Shown piece after piece: positions 41,754 to 53,244 of a DNA stretch of 64,000 nucleotides. Source of the DNA: Octopus sinensis (Eukaryota); contig NC_043000.1 in the NCBI RefSeq assembly GCF_006345805.1, positions 140,492,001-140,556,000 on the forward strand, written 5' to 3'. The notes beneath the pieces are model-generated. The model saw nothing but the letters and a program-made list of their open reading frames with translations, was not told the DNA's origin and made no database searches. A program made the position numbers and the translations under genes. Numbering within the stretch: the first letter of the stretch is position 1; the number at the start of each line of letters is the position of its first letter.

Positions 41754-42110
41754 GTGGAAGCGCAATGGCCTAGTGGTTAGGGCAGCGGACTCGCTGTCAT
41801 ACGATCGCGGTTTCGATTCCCAGACTGGGTGTTGTGAGTGTTTATTGAGCGAAAACACCTAAAAGCTCCACGAGGCTCCGGCAGGGGATGGTGGTGATCC
41901 CTGCTGTACTCTTTTACCACAACTTTCTCTCACTCTTACTTCCTGTTTCTGTTGTACCTGTATTTCAAGGGGCCGGCCTTGTCACTCTCTGTGTCACGCT
42001 GAATATCCCTCAGAACTACGTTAAGGGTGCACGTTAATTTCACGAGCAGGGTGTTCCGTTGATTCGGATCAACCGGAACCCTCGTCGTCGTAACCAACGG
42101 AGTGCTTCCA
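41754..42110 (+). mobile_element. Family C SINE (tail type 3), 15-bp TSD
   Basis: TSD TTTCTTGATTTGATA at 41739-41753 and 42111-42125. Confidence 0.93.
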
Positions 42111-42449
42111 TTTCTTGATTTGATAAAAAATAAAATATATTTTCATAACACTGTAATGGCAAGTAGCCTTATTTATTTCAATAAACATGCATATGCATTT
42201 CTAAGTTGTAAGAGTTTGTAGTATTTTAAGACTTTTATAAATTCAGTGTCTGCAAAACAAAATTATTTCAGCATGTGCCTTTAGTAACTTTACTGCAGAC
42301 AATAAACTTTGCATCACAATTCCTTTACATTAATTAGTAGAGCAAAGTAACCAAGGTATTTTTGTTGTTTTTGTATGGTCTGGTGTATGAAAGGATCCTC
42401 CAAGGGTGCTGGAAGATTTAAATTTTCATACGTATTCAAATAGTGTTAA

Positions 42450-43330
42450 TATTTTTTTATTTATTGGGGTTATTCAATGAGTGTTTATGCTTTTGAAATT
42501 TCTAAAGAGATTTGCACTGTTAATCCAATATAGGGAAAGAAAGCGATAGAGGAGGAAGCAGATGGTATGAGTATTGAGAGACAGAGGATGGAACAATGTG
42601 TTAAAAGTAAAACAGAGTATGTATTTATATTATTAAAATTGAGGTTATCTAGTTTTTGGTTGGAGTTGGCCATTATTTGTAAGAAGTTATATATAAAAGA
42701 ATAGGAGATTGATATGCTGTTTTCATTTAGAAATTTGTGTTATCTGTGATTAGGTGGTAAATGTTTTGAAAAAATGTTGAAACTCCTTTTTAGCTTTATT
42801 GATTTTTACTCATAGATACGATGGTGGACAATATCAGGTTGTTTCTTTTTACTTGTTTGATTTTGTGGTTAGGAGTTTTGTTGTATTCATCTGTTAACTA
42901 ATATTTTTTATTACTATTTTTTAAAGATTTCTGGTAATGATGTGCGTGTTCTTTAAAGATAGCTTTTTTTTAGAAGACAGACGTAGGATTCTGTGTGTTA
43001 TGTACTGGAAAAAAGTATTATTAATTTTCTCTTGTGGTTAAAAGAGTTTCTTAATGTATCATATTTTTCAGTTAGTTTTCCATATAGGTGGCGTGTTGAC
43101 TTGCCTAGATTATACGATATTTGTGAACATGGTTTTGAGTGAACTTCTGCACATATTTTAGAACCTAATTCGTTAGAAAAAGTTAGATATGATTATTTTG
43201 AAATGTATGTTTTGCTTCTTATGGTTTCCAATTATAGTCAGACATTCATCTCTAGGAAGATCACCGAATGTAAATGCAAATTTTCAGTTACTAATTTTAA
43301 AATAACATACGACATATAGGTTGTTAACAC
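42450..43330 (-). mobile_element. Decayed Penelope-like element (RT C-terminus to GIY-YIG)
   Basis: Minus-strand segments ITHRILRLSSKK.IFKEHAHHYQKSLKNS, KHLPPNHR*HKFLNENSISISYS..N..QIMANSNQKL and PYIGLT match the PLE RT-thumb/linker and YIG motif order; LGSKICAEV further upstream. Confidence 0.7.
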
Positions 43331-44710
43331 CAGCCGAATATTTGTCACAAATACTAATTTCAACAGTTTCAGTTTTCTGTTTTCATAAGCTTTGAGATTT
43401 TATTATTATATAAATGTTTTTGTTCATAAGATGTTTTCAAAACCCAATTGTTTCATTGATGTTATTGCTATCACATATTTGATTGTATCATTGAAAGTTT
43501 ACTTGGAGATGGAAAGATAGTAATCATATATATTGAACTGAAAATATGTCTATTTTTATTTTGACTGGTTACAAAGCTTTCAGTTACAGAAAAAGTATGC
43601 CAAAATGGTAATGGAAGTTGGTGCTCGGTTTTATAACTAAGAATCTTTTGTTGATTTACAAACAGTTCAAACTTCCATTTAATTTATTTTCTTTTAACGT
43701 TATTATATCTTGAGGTGTCAAAATATAAATTCTTGAATGTTTAGATGCATGGATATATAATTGTCCAGAGAATCAATTTTGGCTGTATTAGCAATTTTAT
43801 ACAGGTATTTGAAATCGTGTCATATATCAACAGGTGGCAGGCAAGCTTATATATGTCCTAAATATTCTTTATCTTATCCAGTGTAACAAATATGTATAGA
43901 AATCAAAAGCTCCCAACAATTCATGTAATATCTCTTGAAAATCCCCTCACATGGCACATCTTATATTCACAGCAAAATCCTTTAGTAAATTTTGCCCTAC
44001 AGAATCATATGAATTTTTTCCTCTAAGATAGAGCTACTTACAGAACATCCTAGAAGACACCAAACTTTATAAAACACTAAAATATCATATGATAAAAAGC
44101 TGCAGATCCAAGAGATGAGAGACAAATGTAGCATAGTAAGTGGAATGCTTCCATAGACTTGGATGAAAGAATAGCTGCTACATATGGCAGCAACATTCCT
44201 TTCATAGAGTTTTTTAAGGCAGATCACTAGTCAATCTGACTCTTTAAATGCATACATGCATGCACGTATGTATGCACACACATCTCAGAAAGTGCCAAAT
44301 TCACAAAGCAAAATAAAGGGCATCTGAAAATCAAAATTACCATTAAATATCACAACTTTATTGTCAACAACAAATAAGTATTACACAGTTCCAAACAGCT
44401 ACTTTAACACCATTTATCTATGTGTACTGCCCCACCACCTATCCCATATAACTGTACTTGTTAGAACAAGAACCCACTCGCCTTTTTCATGATTTGTAAT
44501 TTTAACATTTGAAATATGGAAATATAAGCTAAAAGAGTAAAAACCTTATGCTTTCACCCCTTAATTTCTAACTTGCGTTGTTGGGCCTGTCTAGTAATTT
44601 TTATTGTTTCACAATACTTCAAATAAGCTTAACTTCTTATATATATATATATATATATTATATATATTATAATATATATATATATAATTATATATATATA
44701 TATACATATA

Positions 44711-44938
44711 TCTGTAAATGTAATACGTGACAATTATTCGTAGTCATGATAAAACTCCGAGTTTCAGATGCCGGGTGGAAATCCACTCTGCCATCTCTTC
44801 AGTTATCCGGCCATTGGAAAAAATGCTATCCGATGGTTGGATAACTGAAGAGATGGCAGCGTGGATTTCTACTCTGGCATCTGAAACTTGGAGTTTTATC
44901 ATGACTACTGAATAATTGTCACATATTACATTTACAGA
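44711..44938. mobile_element. Palindromic ~228-bp element with TA flanks; each arm carries a hammerhead-like motif
   Basis: The ~108-bp arms are reverse complements (TCTGTAAATGTAATA.GTGACAATTATTC...), with a ~10-nt central loop; many arm differences are CpG-type transitions. Confidence 0.85.
44840..44900 (+). ncRNA. Type I hammerhead ribozyme-like motif (inverted twin at 44748-44807, minus)
   Basis: Stem I GAUAA/UUAUC; core CUGAAGA 44845-44851; long stem II 44852-44881; one extra U; GAAA 44883-44886; stem III ACU-UGG-AGU; GUU site. Confidence 0.6.
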
Positions 44939-45021
44939 TAAATTCTTCTATTTACATAATATCAAGGTCTCTTTCATTCTTTTGTTGTCTTACCATTTTT
45001 ATCAATATGTATACGTATGTG

Positions 45022-45069
<48 letters not shown>

Positions 45070-45072
<3 letters not shown>

Positions 45073-45340
45073 TTTATTTAAAGCAGCAGAAAATTCAACA
45101 AAACCTGTTACTCTGAGTTTCCTGTTGCCGTTCATCGGACAGTTTTTGCTAGAATGGAACTGACCTGTCAATTCAATCCAGACTATTACAAACGCTACAC
45201 CTTTAAAAAAAAAAAAAATTACTCAGGGTAGAAGGGTTTTGTTGAATTTTCTGCTGCTTTAAATAAAGCATATTACTCTACCACTGGTATTTGAGTACTC
45301 TTTTTTCCACCTTGTTTCACATTTATGTGTTTACTCCGGT
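45070..45340. mobile_element. PLE-type terminal-repeat fragment with a partial inverted copy
   Basis: TTAAAGCAGCAGAAAATTCAACAAAACC at 45078-45105 is inverted perfectly at ~45238-45265; flanked by (TA)n on both sides. Confidence 0.65.
45098..45149 (-). ncRNA. Minimal PLE-type hammerhead motif (degenerate)
   Basis: Stem I GCAAAAACUGU/ACAGGUUUUGU; core CCGAUGA (U4>C) + A; stem II CGG-CAA-CAG (one mismatch); GAAA; stem III ACU-CAG-AGU; GUA site. Confidence 0.6.
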
Positions 45341-45480
45341 ATATATATATATATATATATATATATGAATATATATATATATATATATAAAGCGTAAGTT
45401 TATGAAAATAAACAAAAAACGAAGGCAGGCAGTGTACAAACAAACAGATGCATTAGTATAGCGCTCAGGAATAGAAAAAG

Positions 45481-45518
45481 TCTTTAACGTTTCGAACCTA
45501 CGCTCTTCTACAGAAAGA
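45481..45518 (-). ncRNA. Minimal dimer-type hammerhead motif (variant core)
   Basis: UCUUU-CUGUAGA-A-GAGC(GUAG)GUUC-GAAACGU-U-AAAGA: stem III is the loopless palindrome ACGU. Part of a ~190-bp element (45385-45575) with a decayed relative at ~48715-48905. Confidence 0.55.
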
Positions 45519-45834
45519 TACACAGAAAAAACAAGGAGAGAGAAAAAATGTGTGTAGTAGCTAACGATCTATCATGTATATACATATATATATATATATA
45601 TAATATATATAATATATATATATATATTTATATACATGCTTATTTCTACGTGTGTATATGCACATTTATGAAAAGAGAGAAAGGGAGGAAGTGAAAGAGA
45701 GTTTATATCCAGCTGCTCATGAGGATACTTGTTTGATCAAGACTTCATTTTTATAGCAAAATCTGCAGAAGATTTTGAAGAGAAAAATTCCAGATAAGAG
45801 ATTCAAATCTGGAAATGACAGGTTGTAATCTGAG

Positions 45835-46110
45835 AAAAACCATAAGCATTACATTTCAGCAATGTCATGGAATTAATAATCAGGGAGAAACTTATTACGT
45901 TCCTAGAGAAAACTAATTTGCTGTGTGTTGTTCAACATTGTTTCTACCCAGGCAAATGCTGTCTTAAGCAGCTGATACAGGATTATGATTAGGTACTAAA
46001 GGACCTGCTCAACCAGTGAAGACAAAGTGTCATAGATCTGAACTTTGTAGAAAGCTTTCAACTAATTTAAGCATAGATTAATACACCACAAGCTTAGAGA
46101 ATATTTAAAC
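45835..46110 (+). mobile_element. CR1-like LINE RT N-terminal fragment
   Basis: MELIIREKLITFLEKTNLLCVVQHCFYPGKCCLKQLIQDYD*V, matching ME..I...L..FL...LL...QHGF..GKSC.TQL. Confidence 0.75.
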
Positions 46111-46537
46111 TCCAGAAAGAGGAGACCAATATCCAGACTTCTACATTTGTAAACTTTTAATTGCAGTGATCCTTAAGTTTTGCACTGAAAGCTGTACAAA
46201 TATCCATATTATCCATTTTCCCTCTTGAATAAGAATGAAGAACTGTAATAGCCCAATTTTTAAGTGAGCAGAACACTTCAATGTCCTCAGTCAAATATAT
46301 ATACAAGATATATGTGGAATAGATAGCACTATATTTTATGAGCACAGACACTTTTCTATGCACAGATCCTGATTTCCCTATGTTGGGGCAAGAAAAACTG
46401 GTTCATTTCTAAATTCTGAAAGTTTCAAAGTTGAATTAGATATTATGGCAGTGCTTTGCTCCCTCTGTCAAATTCTGCTCCCTAAATTATGAAGCATAAA
46501 GCTACATACAGAAAATCCAATATGAATGTGATCATTA

Positions 46538-46792
46538 GGTGTAGGAGTGGCTGTGTAATAAGTAGCTTGCTTACCAATCACATGGTTCTGGGTTCAGTCA
46601 CACTGCATGGCACCTTGGGCAAGTGTCTTCTACTATAGCCTCGGGCCAACCAAGCCTTGTGAGTGAATTTGGTAGACAGAAACTGAAAGAAGCCCGTCGT
46701 ATATATATATATATATATATATTATATATTTATATATAATATATATATATATATATTATATATTTATATATTATATATATATATTATATATT

Positions 46793-46825
<33 letters not shown>

Positions 46826-47085
46826 ATGTATGTGTGTGTGTGTATGTTTTGTATGTATGTGTGTGTGTATGTGTTTGTATGTCTATGTTTGTCCCCCAAC
46901 AACGCTTGACAACCGATGCTGGTGTGTTTACGTCCCCGTAACTTAGTGGTTCAGCAAAAGAGACCAATAGAATAAGTACTAGGCTTACAAAGAATATGTC
47001 CTGGGGTCGATTTGTTCGACTAAAGACGGTGCTCCAGCATGGCCACAGTCAAATGACTGAAACAAGTAAAAGAGTAAAAGAGAGA
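46538..47085 (+). mobile_element. Family A SINE with expanded internal microsatellite
   Basis: Full copy; internal TA/TG tract ~46700-46880. Confidence 0.92.
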
Positions 47086-48681
47086 GTATTAGCTCTTAAT
47101 TTACATAACAGCACATGATTAAAAGTTGATTGTGGGGCCACTAAAGTGTGGCTAGAAATAAATATGTATTCCAGATATACATATTTACTCATATATAAAT
47201 ATGTATACTTCATATTTAGCAATCGCTATGTTTAATTGTTTAGGATGATAATTTTAGAATCTTAAGTTCCCAATTTTGATGTCACTAAATGGCATCTTAG
47301 GCAAGTGGTTTTATTTATGGCTTTTGGTGTAAACAATAGCTGTGAGGATAAAAGTGACTAGACAAAAAAACTGTTTGTAAATCTGTTAAATAGAGTTTAC
47401 ATGTATTTCAAAGGTCTGACCTTGTCATATGCCCTGTCACAATGATTCTTCCTGAGAATTATATTAAGCAGTAGTAGGAGGGTGGCACCTCCAAGGTGGC
47501 ACCTCCAAGTTGCAAAGAAGTTAAAGTAAGTAGGGTGGGATTGAAACCGTTTATAGGCAATTAAAGTGGCAGTTGAAATGGCACACATATCTGTGGAGTT
47601 CTCAGCCACTTTTATGTTAATTTAAAGAGTCAAATAAATAGTTCAGTTGATTGAAAAACTGAATACTTATTGCTGTAATGGACAAATGCTTTTGACAACT
47701 TGGGATAATAAGTGAACCAACAAATTCAATACAAATTCGTGGTGAATTCATGTACACACAAACACACACATGCATACAAGGACACAAACACATACACACA
47801 CATACATGCATACACATACACACATATAGTTTCGTCTTACATAAAAAACAATCAGAGACAGCTTATCACACTCTTCCAAACTACCAAATTTAAGAAGTGT
47901 AGAGTTACTTGTGAAAAATGTAAACGAGATTGTGAATAACACTACTTAATTTGCATAATTGCGCCATTAGCATATTACATGCACCAGTAGGGTCATTTCT
48001 AAAATTCATGAGAAAGAATCTGGGAATATGGCAGTATGTTGAAATTAATGTTTCACTGCTAAAAGTTTAAAACATTCTCGATTGTTCTGGCAACTTACTG
48101 ACGAGTACAGTCACCAAGACAACACTATCTGGGTGCGATTTTTAATTGTGGATTTTCTGATCTTAATTTTTTCATGTAATCATATATCACAGATACATCT
48201 GCGAACATAAAAATCAAATGATACGGTGGTGGGTTGATGTTTCGGGAGCAGAAGAAAGAATAAGTGTGTTGGTGTGTGTTGGATGCACGTCCAGGAGAAG
48301 AAGTAAAGAAAGAATTTAAAGTATTAAGGGTGGCATTGAAGCCGATTATCAGAAGTAGGGTGTGGTAAGGGTACATGTAGTTGTAGGAGTGGTAAAGATT
48401 AAATGATTAAGATTACATAGTCATCGGACACCAAAAACAATATACACCTACAAATACAGGATGTCTTGTAGCTTTTATCTTTTATTTGTTTCAGTCATTA
48501 GACTTCGACCATGCTGGGGCACCACATTGAAGAATTTTTAGTTAAATGAATCGACCCCACTACTTACATTTTTAAGGCTGATACTTATTCTATCAGTTGC
48601 ATTTGTTGAATTGCTAGGTTGTGGGGACACAACGACACACATACACACAACAAACATACTTAAATAAAATCAATAATGGAC

Positions 48682-48718
<37 letters not shown>

Positions 48719-48913
48719 TCTGCACAGTTTTTCTTGCTCTGTCTTTTTCCTTCTCTTTCCATATTTTCCTCTTAATACTTTCTGTCAAAGAGCATAGTCT
48801 CAAGATATATTAAGATTTTTCCATTTTCCTGAGTATTAAACTAATACACCTGCTTGTTGTTCCTACACTTGTCTTCATCTTTTGTTTTCTGTAAATTTGA
48901 ACTATATATATAT

Positions 48914-49158
48914 CATCATCATCATCATCATCATCGTTTAACGTCCGTTTTCCGCACTAGCACGGGTTGGACGGTTTCGACCGGGGTCTGGGGAGCTCGG
49001 GACTGCCCCAGGCTCCAGTCTAGTCTGGCAGTGTTTCTACAGCTGGATGCCCTTCCTAACGCCAACCACTCCGCGAGTGTAGTGGGTGTTTTTTACGTGC
49101 CACCTGCACAGGTGCCAGAGGGGTCTGGCATCGGCCACGTTCGGATGGTGCTTTTTAT
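48914..49158 (-). mobile_element. Family D repeat abutting the 156-bp array
   Basis: Well-conserved tail; the sequence switches abruptly to the array after GGTGCTTTTTAT. Confidence 0.9.
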
Positions 49159-50442
49159 GGGGGGGTGTAGAAATATAGGGGAGCACCAGTGGGAGGGGTG
49201 GTTCAGAGGACAGGTACTAGGCAAGTAGAACGTAGGATATCGAGAGAGGGGTAATGCATGGTGAAATAGCGTATTGAGAGGGGGGTTCAAAGAGTAGACA
49301 CTATAATGGTGGTGGGGTGTGCAGAAATATAGGGGAGCACCATTGGAGGGGTGGTTCAGAGGACAGGTTCTAGGCAAGTAGAATGTAGGATATCGAGAGA
49401 GGGGTAATGCATGGTGAAATAGCGTATTGAAGAGGGGGGTTCAAAGAGTAGACACCTATAATGGTGTGTTGGGGGGTGCAGAAATATAGGGGAGCACCAG
49501 TGGGAGGGGTGGTTCAGAGGACAGGTTCTAGGCAGTAGAACGTAGGATATCGAGAGAGGGGTAATGCATGGTGAAATAGCGTATTGAAGAGGGGGGGTTC
49601 AAAGAGTAGACACCTAAATGGTGGTGGGGGGGTGCAGAATATAGGGGAGCACCAGTGGGAGGGGTGGTTCAGAGGACAGGTTCTAGGCAAGTAGAACGTA
49701 GGATATCGAGAGAGGGGTAATGCATGGTGAAATAGCGTATTGAAGAGGGGGGTTCAAGAGTAGACACCTATAATGGTGGTGGGGGTGTGCAGAAATATAG
49801 GGGAGCACCAGTGGGAGGGGTGGTTCAGGACAGGTTCTAGGCAAGTAGAATGTAGGATATCGAGAGAGGGGTAATGCATGGTAAATAGCGTATTGAAGAG
49901 GGGGGTTCAAAGAGTAGACACCTATAATGGTGGTGGGGGTGTGCAGAAATATAGGGGAGCACCAGTGGGAGGGGTGGTTCAGAGGACAGGTTCTAGGCAA
50001 GTAGAATGTAGGATATCGAGAGAGGGGTAATGCATGGTGAAATAGCGTATTGAAGAGGGGGGTTCAAAGAGTAGACACCTATAATGGTGGTGGGGGGGTG
50101 TAGAAATATAGGGAGCACCAGGGGAGGGTGGTTCAGAGGACAGGTTCTAGGCAAGTAGAACGTAGGATATCGGAGAGGGGTAATGCATGGTGAAATAGCG
50201 TATTGAAGAGGGGGGTTCAAAGAGTAGACACCTATAATGGTGGTGGGGGGGTGCAGGAATATAGGGGAGCACCAGTGGGAGGGGTGGTTCAGAGGACAGG
50301 TTCTAGGCAAGTAGAACGTAGGATATCGAGAGAGGGGTAATGCATGGTGAAATAGCGTATTGAAGAGGGGGGGTTCAAAGAGTAGACACCTATAATGGTG
50401 GTGGGGGGGTGCAGAAATATAGGGGAGCACCAGTGGGAGGGG
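49159..50442. repeat. GC-rich, G-skewed tandem array, ~156-bp unit, 8 full copies + partial
   Basis: The anchor (A)AATATAGGGGAGCACCA recurs at about 49171, 49325, 49482, 49638, 49793, 49947, 50104, 50257 and 50415. Confidence 0.97.
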
Positions 50443-50716
50443 TATATATATATATATATATATAGACTTTAGCACTTATTTCTAGTAGGTGGATGCTTGT
50501 TAAGCATCTTTATGCTTCAGACAAATTTATGATTCATAGCTATTTAATGCTATTGTGCTTGAAATCCACCTATGTCACTACTATTGATATCATCAATTTT
50601 AAAATTTATCCACAGATGATATGAACAGTAGTGACATCTGATTTCAAATCTCAGTGTTTGAATGTTTTGCTTTTATTACATACATATACACACACACATA
50701 TATATGTATGTATATA

Positions 50717-50764
<48 letters not shown>

Positions 50765-50768
<4 letters not shown>

Positions 50769-51505
50769 CCTGGGTGTAATTGTTGATGTCGGTCTCAGTT
50801 GGAGTGCACACATCAACAAGAAGGTCGATATAGCTCGTAGGATGAGTTCCTGGATCTTAAGAACTTTCCGGTCCAGAGAACAAGGTGTCATCATACCACT
50901 TTTCTCCTCCTTTGTACGACCACACCTCGAATACTGCTGCCCATTGTGGTCTCCCCATACAAGATAAAACATCTCGAGGGCACTCACTAAATGAATTGAA
51001 GGCATGGCTGCACTCGATTATTGGGATCACCTTAAAGCCTTGAAACTCTACTCTCTCCAGCGTTGCCGTGAGTGGTACATCATTTGTACAATGTGGAGAA
51101 TATACCGCCAACTTTGCCCAAATGACCTGAACATTAGCTTCAAGGTTCATCCAAGACTGGGACCACGGGCCATACGTCCCCTGCCCAATTCCAGATCACA
51201 GCATACATGTACACTGCAACGTAATTTCTTTTCCTCAACAGGCCCTGCCCTATTTAACATTGTCCCAAAAGGGATCAAAGAGGGAAAGGATCCCATCAAC
51301 TTTAAACGGAGTCTGGATAGATTCCTTCAAGGAATACCAGATAAGCCACCCATAATTGGATACAACTCACCCAACAAAAACTCACTACTTGAATGGACCA
51401 TAAACAAAACTTGACTTAAACAGGATTCAAATAATCCTATTAGGTGGTGCTATTAATTTAGACATGGCCTGGACCAATCTTTGGTCGAAACATATCTAAG
51501 TTTAT
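50765..51505 (+). mobile_element. 5'-truncated CR1/L2-group LINE 3' end
   Basis: DLGVIVDVGLSWSAHINKKVDIARRMSSWILRTF...FVRPHLEYCCPLWSP...LKLYSLQRCRE...GPALFNIVP...FKRSLDRFLQGIPDKP; tandem tail ATCTAAGTTT x2; inserted in (TA)n. Confidence 0.93.
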
Positions 51506-52553
51506 CTAAGTTTATATATATATATATATATATACAGGATAGGATTATTTTCTGTTTCCATCAACCAAATCCAGTCACAAGGCTATAATTGGCCTGAAGC
51601 TATAATAGAAACTACTTGCCAAAAGTAACAGAAGCACTCAAGTACAACCCAGAGGGGTTGTACTTGAACTCATGTGGTTGAGAAGCAAGTTTCTTACCAT
51701 ATGTACATGCTCGTATTTGTGTATATGTATTTACATGTGTGTGTATGTATGTGTCTGCGTACACACAACGACAATTTAGTGCTTTTGTAAACCCCTACGG
51801 AATATTTTCCTTAGAGCCTTCTAAACAATTCTCTACATTTTAACAGAATTTACAGAGATACATTTTAAAACATATAGATCACAGTTGCATCAAAGAAACT
51901 TCAAAAGACTCTTATTTCTGAATGAAAAGAAGTTCATAACTTTTAAACCATTCAAATGTCTTCTCATGATCGTTGAATAAGCACAAAATATGTCTCGCAT
52001 ATCTGTGATTGATATTGCTTACTATAAACATGGAATTGGAAAGTCTGGCAAAAATATTTGAGCTTACGTTTAACCAATTACATTATAGACAAAGTATTTT
52101 AGACGATATCTTACAACGTACCATCTTATTTTACCTCATTATATTGTGCAACATCACAGGCAAGTTGAATACTTCAGAGACATGGAATTGGCTTCTATCT
52201 GAAGAACATAAAAGGTAGCTTTCATCAATGTAATCATAATTTAGACTTTTGAAAATGTATTTTAGTAAAGTTTAATTAAATGCCAGCCATGTACGGTTGA
52301 GGCTGGGATACTGTGGTGGGATGGTGGAAGAGGGGATGAGAGAGAGGGAGTGTTGTCAATCTTAAAATCATGTGTGGACATATATGCACATGTATGTGTT
52401 TGTATGTACGTTGGTTGTAGCAATCGTTATGTTAAAACCTCAGAGTGCTGATGTTATAAGCCTTAACATTTATATTCATTGTTCAATCTACCAGTATTTT
52501 ATTATATATTTCCATTCATATTAGTAGGATCACAAAATTATGCTTTTATGATG

Positions 52554-52877
52554 TAGATTCGTATCCATGTGAAGAGAGTTCTTTAATATAATGCCATTCT
52601 CCACCAAGCAGAGTCTGCACCTTCTATTGTTTTTGAAGTAAGGCTTGCACTTCTTTAGTATTCTCCACTTGATACTACAATATGTAGTACTTTATTTCAA
52701 TGACTAAATATACCTATGTAGGGTTGTGAAATGTTGCCTCTCTTGGAAGCTAAAGGAGGATTTGTGGTTGTTAAATCTGGTCTTGAAGGTACTTTCTATC
52801 ATACCCACATATATACACATGTTCATCTGCCTCTTAAGATCCTTTGACTTCACCACCACCTTATATACCACAGTCTC
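52554..52877 (-). mobile_element. Penelope-like GIY-YIG endonuclease remnant
   Basis: VVYKVVV...IYVGMIESTFKTRFNNHKSSF...TTLHRYI*SLK...IKWRILKKCKPY...RCRLCLVE..II, matching the PLE VY..YIG.T...FK.R..NH..SF / W.IL / C.LCL.EK pattern; two in-frame stops. Confidence 0.88.
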
Positions 52878-53164
52878 TGTGTTGTATCAGCTGCTGAGTG
52901 AACATGCAGTGTTGCCACTTCATGAGTGCTTCTGTTTCAGGTATGAGTTTATCTACTAAAATTATGTTTATACCAAATGCACATCCGAAAGAACCCTTAA
53001 GGTATATCAATTATTATTTTTTTTTTAATTTCCATTTGGAGATTGTGTTTATCAACTAAATTAAGAAAGAACCTAGTTGCACCAGTTTTTATATTTTAAG
53101 GAAAAGGGGAGAGAGAAAATAAAAACTTTCTGGTGGTATTTTCTCTTGCTGGGGTTAAGGTTGG

Positions 53165-53244
<80 letters not shown>

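Noticed and set aside
49093-50475. ORFs with repeating PRTCPLNHPSHW / TTIIGVYSLNPP peptides; also a CRISPR-like look
   Set aside because: Frames shift and stop between units. The units are contiguous near-identical monomers with no unique spacers, and there are no cas genes in this eukaryotic DNA.
52009-52218. 69-aa ORF and an exon-like stretch with a GC donor (cag|gcaagt)
   Set aside because: Several frames look equally protein-like and none is recognisable.
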